From an uncultured Pseudomonadales bacterium (GTDB lineage Bacteria > Patescibacteriota > Microgenomatia > UBA1400 > Chazhemtobacteraceae), in contig CAZUBK010000001.1 in the NCBI GenBank assembly GCA_964618725.1, positions 2,079-66,078 on the forward strand: a stretch of 64,000 nt of DNA, read 5' to 3'. The notes below the pieces were generated by a model, which saw nothing but the letters and a program-made list of their open reading frames with translations, did not search any database and was not told the origin of the DNA. Shown in pieces: positions 7,114 to 17,281 of the stretch (its first letter is position 1; each line of letters begins with the position of its first letter). Both the position numbers and the translations under genes were made by a program.

Positions 7114-8844
7114 TTGTTAATGGAGAAAGAGAAAAAAGTAATAATTGAGAAGGAACAACTATTATATAAATTGGATTGGGACTTGACCCGGTTTTATGAC
7201 TCAGCTGATGATCCTCGGATAGAGGAAGATACGACCATTTTAGAGCAAGTATGTATTGAGTTTGCTAATAAATATGGCGGAGTAGAGCTAGGCGACTCGA
7301 CTGTTTTACTGATAGTACTAAGTGATTACGCGAAGTTAAACGAGATTTTAGCGAAAAACAAGCCAAGGCGTTATTTGTCGGCCAGAGGTTGGTTGAACAT
7401 CTTTGATGATGAAGTCCGAGTGAGAGGTGAGGTGGTAGATCAAAGAATAACAAAAGCGAAGAGGGTGGCAGACAGTGTATTGTCTCCCTTGTTGCTTTGG
7501 GATGATGAACAAGTGAAAAAGACGTTGGATGATCCCTTACTGATGGATTATCATGCTTTTTTGCGAAGAAAACTAGAAAAAAGAAGTGAACAATTGTTGC
7601 CAGCGATAGAAGAACTTTTGGACGAACATAAAGGGGTGTTCCCTGAGCTTTTTAGGGATCTAGAGATCAGTCTTAGAGAAACGAAGAAGAAGGGAATAAA
7701 AGAGGTTGAACCGAATATGGTCTATGCTAACTTTGCACGAAGCGAGTATGTTAACAGAATTAGGGCACATGGGTTAGAGGATAAACTGAGAGGGAGAGAA
7801 AAGCCGTATAGCTTTCGGCTTAGCCAGTTTGAGATTACTGAGAACGAAGTAATGGAGATGAATCAGGTAATCACTGCTGCGTACCCTTTGGCACACCGAT
7901 TTTATCGTCTCCATGCTCAATTATTGGGTAAAGAAAAGATTAAACCGGGTCAACGGATGACAAGTGTGGGTAAGATTGAGCTGGATCTGAGTCCTAGGAA
8001 AGGGGTGGAGATGATAAAGGAAGTATTTGCCCAGGTAGGAAGGAGGGATTTTGTGGATGGAATGTTTGCCAACGGACAGATAGACTTTTTGCCTTCAGAG
8101 AGCAAGAGTCGGACGTGTTTTGCTAGCTTGGGGCCGGACGAGTTTAGTTTCGTTTTGGGAAACTTCGGGTCAAATCTGGGGTCATTGATAACGGTGGTTC
8201 ATGAGCTAGGTCACGCACTAGATGCCAGTCTTTTCTATCAGCACCCTAATCCGTTGTATCGAAGTCATTTGGTGACGATGTCCGAGTTCCCCAGCAAGTT
8301 GATGGAATTGGTGGCTGAAGATGTAATCAGGCAACATTTAACCCCAGCAGAAGAGATAATTTTTTTAGAAAATCGATTGAACAGCACATTCAACTCAGTA
8401 TTCTTTATCACTGCAATGTTTAACTTTGAAGTTCAATTGCACCAAATGGTGCGGGAAGGTGAGTACCCTTCGGTGGAGAGAATTGCTCAGTTATGGCTTT
8501 CTCAGATGAAGGCTTATATGGGAGACGTTTTTGAGTTCTCTGAGAAAGATGGCTACAACTGGGTGAGTATCCCCCATCTTAGAGCATTTTTTTGTTCACA
8601 TTGTTATATTTTCGGTGATATCTTGGCCCGCAATATGTATAAGAGATATAAGGAGGATTTTCGCTTTTGGAGTCAGATTGAGCAGTTAATGAAGACAGGA
8701 ACAAGTAAACAGCCGAGAGAGTCGCTTAAGAAGCTAGGCATTAATCTTGATATAGGCTACTGGGTAGAGAGTATCAATAGTTTGGGGGAAGAAGTGGACC
8801 GACTAGAAACATTGTGTAGGCAACGAGGATTGTTGAAAAGATGA
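7114..8844 (+). CDS. M3B oligoendopeptidase F-like metallopeptidase
   Basis: LDWDLTRFY N-terminus, VVHELGHALD (HExxH), MSEFPSKLME, WVSIPHL. Confidence 0.85.
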   Translation: MLMEKEKKVIIEKEQLLYKLDWDLTRFYDSADDPRIEEDTTILEQVCIEFANKYGGVELGDSTVLLIVLSDYAKLNEILAKNKPRRYLSARGWLNIFDDEVRVRGEVVDQRITKAKRVADSVLSPLLLWDDEQVKKTLDDPLLMDYHAFLRRKLEKRSEQLLPAIEELLDEHKGVFPELFRDLEISLRETKKKGIKEVEPNMVYANFARSEYVNRIRAHGLEDKLRGREKPYSFRLSQFEITENEVMEMNQVITAAYPLAHRFYRLHAQLLGKEKIKPGQRMTSVGKIELDLSPRKGVEMIKEVFAQVGRRDFVDGMFANGQIDFLPSESKSRTCFASLGPDEFSFVLGNFGSNLGSLITVVHELGHALDASLFYQHPNPLYRSHLVTMSEFPSKLMELVAEDVIRQHLTPAEEIIFLENRLNSTFNSVFFITAMFNFEVQLHQMVREGEYPSVERIAQLWLSQMKAYMGDVFEFSEKDGYNWVSIPHLRAFFCSHCYIFGDILARNMYKRYKEDFRFWSQIEQLMKTGTSKQPRESLKKLGINLDIGYWVESINSLGEEVDRLETLCRQRGLLKR

Positions 8845-8845
8845 A

Positions 8846-9136
8846 TCAACGTTTGAGTCCTAACTCTTTGGGTGGGTTCTCGTCTGGGGTTGGAGTTAAG
8901 AAAGGAAGGGGGCAAGTAGAGTTAGTTGGTGGGATAGAAAGCTTTTGTTCATACAGAAAGGATTGCTGAAGAACGATTTGTTTGAGTTTTTGGGTGTTGA
9001 GATAGTCTTTGTAGAGGAGGACGGCGACGATGGCGAAAAGAAAAAAGGTGGAGATTTTCCAGCTATTGGGGTGTTTGTAAGCCGAGAGCTTTAAGTTGGT
9101 TAGGTTTTCTAGTGCGTCGGGAGTTTGGTTGTTCAT
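8846..9136 (-). CDS. Small single-TM hypothetical protein
   Basis: 96-aa ORF with one hydrophobic segment and a PT-rich tail. Confidence 0.5.
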   Translation of the reverse strand: MNNQTPDALENLTNLKLSAYKHPNSWKISTFFLFAIVAVLLYKDYLNTQKLKQIVLQQSFLYEQKLSIPPTNSTCPLPFLTPTPDENPPKELGLKR

Positions 9137-9193
9137 AGAATTAGTTTATCCTAACTGCAGTTTGCTTTCATAGAAGGCTATGATTAGAGAAAG

Positions 9194-10753
9194 GTGGGTA
9201 ATATAGAGCGTGAGAACAGGTTTGAATTGGAGAAGGTATTTCAAAAGCTGAAGTTGTGGGGAATCGAGGAAGTAGGATTCCTGAGAGAGAATGGGGAACT
9301 TGATTTGGAAGAATACTGCAAATACTTGGGAGGCTTCAGAAATAATGAATACTTGGGAGAACTTTCTTTGGTGGGTCTATCCAAATTAGACTTGGAGGGT
9401 GTCAAGGTAGGCGTCTTTTCTGCTCCGATGGGATTCGGTCACCATCGCCTAAGTCGCTACTACGAGATTTTTCTAAAGACTTTGGGAGTGGCGGTGGAGC
9501 ATATTGATTTGGGTAATAGTGGAGAGAACTTGAGGGTGATGAAGTTTTTTTCTTCTTTGAAGACAGCTTATGTCAATGGGAGCAATAAAACGGCGGTGGA
9601 GACGGGACTCAGTCAATATGCAGAATGGCTTTCGTATGACAGGCATACTTGGTTTACCAAAGCACTAAGAATCTGGGAAGAGCATTGTCCGGAGCATTTT
9701 TACAACACATTTATGGGGAAGCCAGGTAAACATTTGACACCGGCTAATACAAGAAGAACCTTTGGAGTGTTAAACACTTTGTTTGGCAAGGAGCTACGGA
9801 GATATCTAAAACAAAGAGGGATTACTCATAAATTAGTGTTGTATCCAATGGTCAATGCACTAGTTGGTAAGAAAAATACGATTTTGATAGGAACAGATTC
9901 GGTACTTGAGCCAGCGGGTTGGATTCCTGATCCGCTACTGGTGGTAGAGACAGATTACGCAAAAAACAGATTGGTGAAAGCCTGGAGGGGGAAGATGGGG
10001 CAGAATATTCATGTATCAAAGGGGTTTCCCGCTCCGGTGGGAGCTTTGATCCGAAGGAGCGAATTGACAAAAAAAAGAGCGGAAGCGATACCTTTGGGGG
10101 AACCACAAATTCTTTTTTTGCCAGCAAGCGGAGTGGCAACAGCCCAGTTGAAATCCTTTACAGATATATTAGTGGAAGTGGCACCTTTGTTGGATCAGGG
10201 AAAACTTAAAGTAGTGGTGCAAGCCGGAGCTGAAGGATTGGGTAAAAAAGTTCATGACTCTTTGTCGACTCTGGTTGAACAACTCTCGAGTGAATATCCG
10301 GGATTGATGAAAAACGTTGTAATTCATCATGGTCAGACTGTGAGAGCGGCGTTGGATCTTTTTGAAGTAGTGGCAGCCTCAGGTAAACCGATGTCTATAG
10401 CAGTGAAAGGAAGTGAGATGGCTCGAATTGCGGTACAGTTGGGGATTCCTCACATTGTGACGGGAACAATAGGGGAACACGAGAAATGGAATGTAATTGT
10501 TTCTGCCTTACAGGGGGCGGCGGTCATTGTACTGCCAACAGCATTTGATGAGTGTTGGCGATTGGTAGAGTCTAGTGATTTTCCGGAAAATTTAAGGTGG
10601 CCAGCCTGGTTTGCGCTGGAACGAGTGTATTGTCACACGATGACGGACGCATTGATTAGGTCGGAAGAGGTGATCAGGAAAGGCAGGTTGGTTGAGACAA
10701 ATGGGCAGATGATGGTGGAAACGATTGAGATGTTGGTACGAAAAGGCCACTAG
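9194..10753 (+). CDS. Divergent GT-B glycosyltransferase (MGDG synthase/UgtP-like motifs)
   Basis: FSAPMGFGHHR N-terminal motif; KGFPAP; IGEHEKWN C-terminal motif. Confidence 0.5.
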   Translation: MGNIERENRFELEKVFQKLKLWGIEEVGFLRENGELDLEEYCKYLGGFRNNEYLGELSLVGLSKLDLEGVKVGVFSAPMGFGHHRLSRYYEIFLKTLGVAVEHIDLGNSGENLRVMKFFSSLKTAYVNGSNKTAVETGLSQYAEWLSYDRHTWFTKALRIWEEHCPEHFYNTFMGKPGKHLTPANTRRTFGVLNTLFGKELRRYLKQRGITHKLVLYPMVNALVGKKNTILIGTDSVLEPAGWIPDPLLVVETDYAKNRLVKAWRGKMGQNIHVSKGFPAPVGALIRRSELTKKRAEAIPLGEPQILFLPASGVATAQLKSFTDILVEVAPLLDQGKLKVVVQAGAEGLGKKVHDSLSTLVEQLSSEYPGLMKNVVIHHGQTVRAALDLFEVVAASGKPMSIAVKGSEMARIAVQLGIPHIVTGTIGEHEKWNVIVSALQGAAVIVLPTAFDECWRLVESSDFPENLRWPAWFALERVYCHTMTDALIRSEEVIRKGRLVETNGQMMVETIEMLVRKGH

Positions 10754-10786
10754 CTTGTTTGGTAAATATTCGGATATGATGGAGGG

Positions 10787-11269
10787 ATGAAGATACTGGG
10801 AATAGATCCGGGGACCGGTCGAGTAGGTTGGGCGGTGTTGGAAGTAGACAAAGGAAAGGAGAGTTTGATTGAGTGTGGTTGTTTTGAGACGACGGTTAAC
10901 TCAAGATTAGGAGAGAGATTAGTCAAAGTATTTGATTTTATGGATGAGATATTAGTGCGATTTAAGCCGGACGAGGTGGCAGTAGAAGAACTTTTTTTTG
11001 CCACTAATGCCAAGACGGCGATGAGTGTAGGGATGTCACGGGGAGTAATCGTCTTGGCGGTAGCCAAGAAAGGGAAGATGGTTTATGACTATCCCCCACT
11101 AAAGGTAAAGATGGCGGTGGCGGGGTATGGGAAGGCGGATAAAAGACAAGTCCAGTTTATGGTAAAGCAGATACTTAAGTTGTCTGAGATTCCAAAGCCC
11201 GATGACGCGGCAGATGCGGTGGCGGTGGCATTAACCCATGCCGCGGGGAGAAAAATGAAGCTATTATGA
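10787..11269 (+). CDS. ruvC: Holliday junction resolvase RuvC
   Basis: ILGIDPG, VEELFF, AVAGYGKADK, PDDAADA. Confidence 0.97.
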   Translation: MKILGIDPGTGRVGWAVLEVDKGKESLIECGCFETTVNSRLGERLVKVFDFMDEILVRFKPDEVAVEELFFATNAKTAMSVGMSRGVIVLAVAKKGKMVYDYPPLKVKMAVAGYGKADKRQVQFMVKQILKLSEIPKPDDAADAVAVALTHAAGRKMKLL

Positions 11270-11285
11270 GTGTTACAATACTTCC

Positions 11286-11855
11286 GTGATTGCATACTTA
11301 AAAGGGACGTTACTGACAAGTGATAGAGGACGTTTGATCGTTAATTGCGGTGGGGTGGGATACTTGGTTAATGTATCGGTGAAGGATTTGGCAGGCTTAG
11401 AAATAGGAAAAGAAGTAGAGGTCTATGTGCATACCCAAGTAAAAGAAGATATTTTGGCTCTATATGGGTTTCTACGTTTGGAGGATCTAAAATTGTTTGA
11501 GAAACTAATCGGGGTATCCGGAGTAGGTCCAAAGATTGGACTGAGTATTATGACGACGGGCAAGAGTGGGGAAATAGTGGAAGCTTTAAAGTCAGGAGAG
11601 GTAGAGTTTTTTACTAAGGTACCGGGGATTGGCAAGAAGAATGCGCAGCGATTGATTGTGGAGCTACGAAATAAAGTGGGGAGTGAAGTAGATGATATGA
11701 AATTCTTGGACGAAGGAGAGAATGAGGTGGTGGAAGCATTGATTGGTTTGGGATTTGCGAAGAAAGAAGTGATTGGAGTGGTGAAGGAAGCAGACAAAGA
11801 AAAGGCTATCGAGGAACAGATTAAATGGTCACTTAAAAGATTAGGATCAAGATGA
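11286..11855 (+). CDS. ruvA: Holliday junction branch migration protein RuvA
   Basis: MIAYLKG, GGVGY, VSGVGPK, VPGIGKKNAQRL. Confidence 0.97.
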   Translation: MIAYLKGTLLTSDRGRLIVNCGGVGYLVNVSVKDLAGLEIGKEVEVYVHTQVKEDILALYGFLRLEDLKLFEKLIGVSGVGPKIGLSIMTTGKSGEIVEALKSGEVEFFTKVPGIGKKNAQRLIVELRNKVGSEVDDMKFLDEGENEVVEALIGLGFAKKEVIGVVKEADKEKAIEEQIKWSLKRLGSR

Positions 11856-12832
11856 GTGAAGTTGATGTATTAGATGAAGTATGGAAAAAGATTAGAGCGT
11901 CTTCTTGGGATGACTTTATTGGACAGGAAAGGGTGAGGGAATCCTTGGCTATTGCGATGGAAGCGGCCAAAGGACGAGGTGAGTCGGTGGAGCATGTTTT
12001 GTTGTATGGACCGCCGGGACTAGGTAAGACGACTTTGGCGCATTTGATTGCCAAAAGCATGGGGGTAAATATAAAGATAACCTCGGGGCCGGCACTGTCA
12101 CGAGCTGGTGATTTGGCTTCGATTTTGAGTGGCTTGGAAGTTGGAGACGTTTTGTTTATTGATGAAATTCATCGCTTAAACAAGGTAGTCGAGGAGACGC
12201 TTTACTCGGCAATGGAAGATTTTGCCTTGGATATGGTGCTAGGAAAAGGGCCGGGGGCACGAGTAATCAGACTAGATCTAAATCGTTTTACTTTGGTGGG
12301 AGCGACAACTAAGGCAGGTAATTTGTCGGCACCTTTAAGGGATCGATTTGGAGTAATTAACCGACTAGCTTTTTATTCGAACGAAGAATTAACAGAGATT
12401 GTACTTCGGGCAGCGAAACGGTTGGAGGTAAATCTTGATTCAACTAGCGCGGCGATGATTGGAGAGCGCGCTCGAAAAACGGCTAGAGTAGCGCTTAAAC
12501 TACTGCGACGGGTTAGGGATTTCGCTCAGGTGAAAAATGGTGGGAAAGTAACGCCGATGATAACAGCGGATGCGCTTAACATGCTGGCAATAGATAAATT
12601 GGGGTTGGATGAGACGGATAGAAAAATACTGGAAACTATCATCAAAAAGCATAATGGTGGTCCAGTGGGGCTTGAGACATTGGCAGCGCTGGTTCATGAG
12701 GATGTAACGACAATTGAGGATGTCCATGAGCCCTTTTTATTGAGTGTGGGGATGCTCAAGCGAACAACTCGAGGCAGAATGGTGACGGGATCAGCCTACA
12801 AACACTTAGGGATACCGCTTGACAAGAGTTAG
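11852..12832 (+). CDS. ruvB: Holliday junction helicase RuvB
   Basis: GPPGLGKTTLA, FIDEIHRL, GATTKAG, PLRDRFG. Confidence 0.98.
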   Translation: MSEVDVLDEVWKKIRASSWDDFIGQERVRESLAIAMEAAKGRGESVEHVLLYGPPGLGKTTLAHLIAKSMGVNIKITSGPALSRAGDLASILSGLEVGDVLFIDEIHRLNKVVEETLYSAMEDFALDMVLGKGPGARVIRLDLNRFTLVGATTKAGNLSAPLRDRFGVINRLAFYSNEELTEIVLRAAKRLEVNLDSTSAAMIGERARKTARVALKLLRRVRDFAQVKNGGKVTPMITADALNMLAIDKLGLDETDRKILETIIKKHNGGPVGLETLAALVHEDVTTIEDVHEPFLLSVGMLKRTTRGRMVTGSAYKHLGIPLDKS

Positions 12833-12856
12833 CCGTACTTTGAGGTACGGCTAAAA
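12829..12856. terminator. Hairpin between convergent ruvB and HD gene
   Basis: TTAGCCGTAC...GTACGGCTAA stem. Confidence 0.6.
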
Positions 12857-12861
12857 AGGAT

Positions 12862-13293
12862 CTACTCGCCCTTAAGTAAAGTGAGTGCTTTCCTGTATTT
12901 CTCCCAACGTTGGTAGTCTCTTTGGGTTGGTCCCAAAATTCTGGTGGGATCTAAGTTGTCTTCGATGTCAGCGATCTTAACGAGAATGGCATCGATAGGA
13001 CCAGTGAGAATTCTTTGAATGAAGGCCTCATAGTCGTCTTTTTCTGAGGGTAACTTAGTGACAAAACGAAGAGCTGTTATTACAGCGTCATCATAACCCC
13101 AACTTTTGAGATCTTCGAAGCTGACGCTGCAATCCTCTATGACATCGTGGAGAATAGCAATTATTCTTCTATTTTTGCTGGTCATTTTTAGCATGACACG
13201 GATAGGGTGAAGAATGTAAGGCTGGCCCACTTTGTCGAGTTGACCTCGATGAGCGTAAGCGGCTAGAGCGATGGCATCTTCTAAGGTAGTCAA
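12862..13293 (-). CDS. HD-domain protein (small RelA/SpoT-hydrolase-like)
   Basis: AHRGQLDKVGQPYILHP, ILHDVIED, VKIADIEDN; SD AAAGGAG before a TTG start. Confidence 0.85.
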   Translation of the reverse strand: MTTLEDAIALAAYAHRGQLDKVGQPYILHPIRVMLKMTSKNRRIIAILHDVIEDCSVSFEDLKSWGYDDAVITALRFVTKLPSEKDDYEAFIQRILTGPIDAILVKIADIEDNLDPTRILGPTQRDYQRWEKYRKALTLLKGE

Positions 13294-13576
13294 GATAGGC
13301 TCCTTTATTTGCGAATCAATGTGCTGGTATCGGTATTAAAGCATGCTTGTCGAGCAAGGGAAAGGGAGGCTAAAAATTGGATACAAGCTTGTAGTATAAG
13401 ATCCTATATGTTCAGGTATTGTTCAGTAGTAATAATTTACTGCTGTATGGGCTATAACTTGACTTATCGTTTTAGAACAAGTTTTCACGGTTCTGTTGAC
13501 TTATCTTGTAATGTAGAGTCAGTAGCAATCCTTGAATTGCTCTGCTAAGATGGTCATGAATTTGAAAAAGTGCGCT

Positions 13577-15085
13577 ATGAAGAACAAAGTCTTGAGTTTG
13601 GTATGCCTATTTTTACTTTTTTTGATGACACCCGCTAGGGTAATGGCGATCGTGGATCCATTAGCGAGAGAGAATAACAAAGTTGGAGTTCATGTCTTGT
13701 CTCCTGATGAGATAGAAACGGCGTCCAAGCTAGTCAATGGTGAGAAGGGTAGCTTTGGCTATGTAGTGGTGCCAATTCAAGCAACTGATCGAGATCGTGT
13801 CAAGTGGAGCAAGTTTATGAGGAAAGCGACAGAGCTAAAAGTGATTCCAATTGTCAGGGTGGCGACTTATGTCGATGAGGTGAACTGGGAAGAACCAAAT
13901 AATTTTGATCTGATTGATTTTGCTAATTTTTTAAACGACCTGCCTTGGCCAACAGCAAACCGATACGTAATCATTTTTAATGAGGTGAATCGGGCAGATG
14001 AGTATGGTGGTTATGTTTCGCCAAGTAGATACGCTGATATCTTGGTGAATGCGGTAAGAATCTTTAAGGAGAGAAATGAGGACTTTTTTGTTTTACCGGC
14101 AGGACTGGATAATGCGGCAAGAACATCTGCGAACGCGATGAAGTGGAACGACTATTTAACGGCAATGTGGCGACATCAGCCTAGTGTTTTTTCTTTGATC
14201 GATGGGTGGGTAAGCCACTCATATCCAAATTATGGTTTTATCGGAAAGGCAACAGATGGGCATGATCACTCGATCAGGGGATATCTGTCCGAGCTTAGTT
14301 TGATTGCTAAGTTTAGTGAGAAGAAGCTCCCAGTATTCATTACCGAAACTGGTTGGGATATGGAGAAGTTGAGTGAGAGAAAAGTAGCCGAGAACTTTGA
14401 ATATGCATATACCAAGGTGTGGAATGATGGCCGGGTAACAATGGTGGCCCCATTTTTGCTGATGGCGGGAGAGGGACCATTTGTAAAGTTTTCTTTATTG
14501 AAAAAGGATGGGTCACCGAGTCTGGCGTACCGGACGATTCAACGAAGTGTCACAGTAGGGAGACCGGTTGAGGCAGAGTTAGACAAAGTGGCAGTAAAAG
14601 GGGTGAATACAAGTAGTAAGGGAAATAGCGCTCAATGGATGGGTGAGCCTAAAATCGATACTTCTTGGTTCAGTGCTTGGTGGCAGAGTCTGACCAGATG
14701 GGTTACAGGAATGAAGAAGCAGGATAAAGAGAAAAGGGAAGGAAGGGAGAAGGTAAGGATAGAACTGAAAGAGTACTGGGTGACTAGGGCCGTTGATAAT
14801 CAGAGTCGAAGTAGGGGGTTATCGGGAAAAAAGAGTTTGGCAGAAGACGAGGGGATGCTATTTGTATTTGAGTTGGCGGGTAAGTATGGCTTTTGGATGC
14901 CCGATATGCGTTTTGATATCGATATCGTTTGGATAAGAGGGGGGAGGGTGGTTGGAGTAAGTCGGGGTGATCATACAAAACCAAAAGAGATATCTTATCC
15001 CCCAGTAGATGTGGATTTAGTCTTGGAGGTGAATCCAAGATCGGAGATTCAAGTGGGAGATGAAGTGGTCTTAGGGGTAGAATGA
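13577..15085 (+). CDS. Exported clan GH-A glycoside hydrolase-like protein fused to a C-terminal DUF192 domain
   Basis: Signal peptide; IFNEVN and LPVFITETGW catalytic-type motifs; C-terminal RGLSG..GMLFVF..FWMPDMRFDIDIVWI. Confidence 0.75.
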   Translation: MKNKVLSLVCLFLLFLMTPARVMAIVDPLARENNKVGVHVLSPDEIETASKLVNGEKGSFGYVVVPIQATDRDRVKWSKFMRKATELKVIPIVRVATYVDEVNWEEPNNFDLIDFANFLNDLPWPTANRYVIIFNEVNRADEYGGYVSPSRYADILVNAVRIFKERNEDFFVLPAGLDNAARTSANAMKWNDYLTAMWRHQPSVFSLIDGWVSHSYPNYGFIGKATDGHDHSIRGYLSELSLIAKFSEKKLPVFITETGWDMEKLSERKVAENFEYAYTKVWNDGRVTMVAPFLLMAGEGPFVKFSLLKKDGSPSLAYRTIQRSVTVGRPVEAELDKVAVKGVNTSSKGNSAQWMGEPKIDTSWFSAWWQSLTRWVTGMKKQDKEKREGREKVRIELKEYWVTRAVDNQSRSRGLSGKKSLAEDEGMLFVFELAGKYGFWMPDMRFDIDIVWIRGGRVVGVSRGDHTKPKEISYPPVDVDLVLEVNPRSEIQVGDEVVLGVE

Positions 15086-15089
15086 GGAG

Positions 15090-15761
15090 GTGATTATTCT
15101 TCATGGTGAAAATCAAGTTCAGTCGAGGGCGAGGTTACAACAGATTAAGGAAAAAGAGAGACAGAAAGAACTGGTAAACCTTAATGGAAAGACGCTGGAA
15201 CTAAGTGTCTTGATTCAGGCCTTAGAGGCGGGTAGTTTGTTTGGTGGAGATAGATTGGTGGTGGTGGAGAACATACTTTCTTCTCCGGCTTCGAAGCGGC
15301 TGACGGAAATCCTTGAATATCTTATTGGACAGCAGGCAAGGGATTTGGTTATCTGGGAAGAAAAGGCCGTATCTGCCGCGGCACTAAAGAAAATCGGAGG
15401 GGAGGCAGAAGAGTTTAAGATTAGTTCGACAGTTTTCTCTTTTATTGAGTCTATCTCACCATCTAATACGAAAATGATTCTGAAGGGTTTTGATCAGGCG
15501 TTAGAACATGATGCAGTCGAGTTGCTTTTTTTTATGTTGGTGAGGCAAATTAGACAGTTGATTCAAGTGGTGAGTGACCAGGCCTCGTTTAGGGGACCTA
15601 GTTGGTTGGTGGGTAAGCTGGCAAGACAAGGGAGGGCTTTTGGTCTTAAGAGGCTTCTATCGATGCATCAGCAGCTTTATGAAATAGATAAAGGGATTAA
15701 GATGGGTAAGACAAATCTTGATTTGAAAACGGAGTTGGAATTGTGGATGATAGGATTGTGA
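15090..15761 (+). CDS. holA: DNA polymerase III delta subunit (short form)
   Basis: MIILHGEN, SLFGGDRLVVVEN, LYEIDKGIKMG. Confidence 0.75.
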   Translation: MIILHGENQVQSRARLQQIKEKERQKELVNLNGKTLELSVLIQALEAGSLFGGDRLVVVENILSSPASKRLTEILEYLIGQQARDLVIWEEKAVSAAALKKIGGEAEEFKISSTVFSFIESISPSNTKMILKGFDQALEHDAVELLFFMLVRQIRQLIQVVSDQASFRGPSWLVGKLARQGRAFGLKRLLSMHQQLYEIDKGIKMGKTNLDLKTELELWMIGL

Positions 15762-15830
15762 TAACAGCTTGCTCACTTTTTCAGAGTAACTGGTCGTTAC
15801 TTTTCTGAAACGTTGCGCTTCCTGTTATAT
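15761..15830. repeat. Palindromic intergenic element; shortened copy at 2612-2640
   Basis: Terminal ATAACAG...CTGTTAT with inner TTTCAGAGTAAC/GTTACTTTTCTGAAA stem. Confidence 0.45.
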
Positions 15831-15877
15831 TATCGCCGATAATAGCTGTCGCATTATTGGCTCAATATAGAAAAAAA

Positions 15878-17281
15878 ATGATAGATAAAGAGATCTTTAG
15901 AGATAATGATATTAGGGGCATTTATCCAAAGGATTTGGATGAAGGGGTGATGTATAAACTGGGTCAGGCAATACCAGAGGTATTCAGGGTGAAGAAAGTG
16001 GCAATTGGACGGGATATGAGAGTTTCAGGTCCCTCATTAAGCCGGGCATTGGCGGATGGCTTATTGAGCCAAGGAGTGGATGTAGTTTTCTTGGGAATGA
16101 TTAGCACGCCGATGATGACTTTTGCCGCGGCAACGATGAATGTTGGTATGGCGGTGATAGTTTCTTCGTCGCATAATCCAAAAGACTACAATGGTCTCAT
16201 TTTAGCTAAGGACGGTGGAGTACCAACTTTGCCGGATGAGTTAGAAGATTTACTTTCTAAGGCACTCGCTCCAACAGAGAGGGCACAGGGTGAGCGAGGC
16301 AAGGAGAGTGAGACAAATATAGTGGATGTTTGGGTGGAGCACGTAATGAAGATGGTGGAGACAAAAAAAATCAAGACATTGAAAGTGGTGTTTGACGCGG
16401 GGAACAGTGTCGAGGCGGTTGAGTTGTCTCCGGTGCTTCGGCGAATGGCGCAAATCAAGTCAGAGAAGTTATATTTTGTTCCGGATGGCAGTTTTCCCAA
16501 TCATATTCCCAATCCCCTCTTATCGGAGACTTTAACTGATCTACGAAAGAAAGTGGTGGAGATAGGGGCGGACTTGGGGTTGGCCTACGATGGCGATGGA
16601 GATCGTGTGCTTATGGTGGATGAGAAGGGTGACATTGTACCGGGAAGTGAGATGACTGCGTTTTTGGCCAAACACATACTCTTGACTCATCAAGAGGAGC
16701 ATCCGGCGATGCTGTACACCGGAGTAATGAGTAAGATCGTGCCGGAGACGATCAAGAAATATGGCGGACGAGCGATCAAGGTGCACGTCGGTCACTCATT
16801 TATCAAGGAAAAGATGAGAAAGGAGAATGCGTTGTTTGCCGGGGAACACTCGGGTCATTTCTATTTTCGAGAAAACTTCTATTCTGATTCGGCCTTGGTG
16901 GCGACGCTTAAACTTTTTGAGGCGATTTCGAGGGGAGATGGACCGGTATCGAAGCAGTTGAGTGAGTTTAGGAAATATGCCAAACATGAGGAGATCTCGA
17001 TTGCCGTGACTGATCGCGAGAGATTTATTGCTATGATGGAGGAGGTCCTTGGGAGGAGAACCAGTAAACTGATAAAGCCGGAAAAGGTTAGTCACCGAGA
17101 TGGAGTGACTTTTGAGTTTGACGATTTTTGGTTCAATATAAGGCCCTCGGGAACTGAGCCGGTAGTGAGACTTAATCTTGAAGTCTACAAGAAGTCGGAG
17201 CTTGAGGAAAAGACAAAAACAATATTATCAATTGCAAAGAGCACTGGGCTCGTAACTAATGTTGTTCATACCCACTCTTGA
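15878..17281 (+). CDS. Phosphomannomutase/phosphoglucomutase
   Basis: IFRDNDIRG, SSSHNPKDYNG, YDGDGDR, GEHSGHFYF, RPSGTEP. Confidence 0.93.
   Translation: MIDKEIFRDNDIRGIYPKDLDEGVMYKLGQAIPEVFRVKKVAIGRDMRVSGPSLSRALADGLLSQGVDVVFLGMISTPMMTFAAATMNVGMAVIVSSSHNPKDYNGLILAKDGGVPTLPDELEDLLSKALAPTERAQGERGKESETNIVDVWVEHVMKMVETKKIKTLKVVFDAGNSVEAVELSPVLRRMAQIKSEKLYFVPDGSFPNHIPNPLLSETLTDLRKKVVEIGADLGLAYDGDGDRVLMVDEKGDIVPGSEMTAFLAKHILLTHQEEHPAMLYTGVMSKIVPETIKKYGGRAIKVHVGHSFIKEKMRKENALFAGEHSGHFYFRENFYSDSALVATLKLFEAISRGDGPVSKQLSEFRKYAKHEEISIAVTDRERFIAMMEEVLGRRTSKLIKPEKVSHRDGVTFEFDDFWFNIRPSGTEPVVRLNLEVYKKSELEEKTKTILSIAKSTGLVTNVVHTHS

Noticed and set aside
13309-13548. 79-aa ORF in the HD/GH intergenic region
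   Set aside because: No SD, atypical composition, and it spans divergent promoter DNA. A TTGACTTATC direct repeat is present but too short to interpret, and there are no convincing DnaA boxes.
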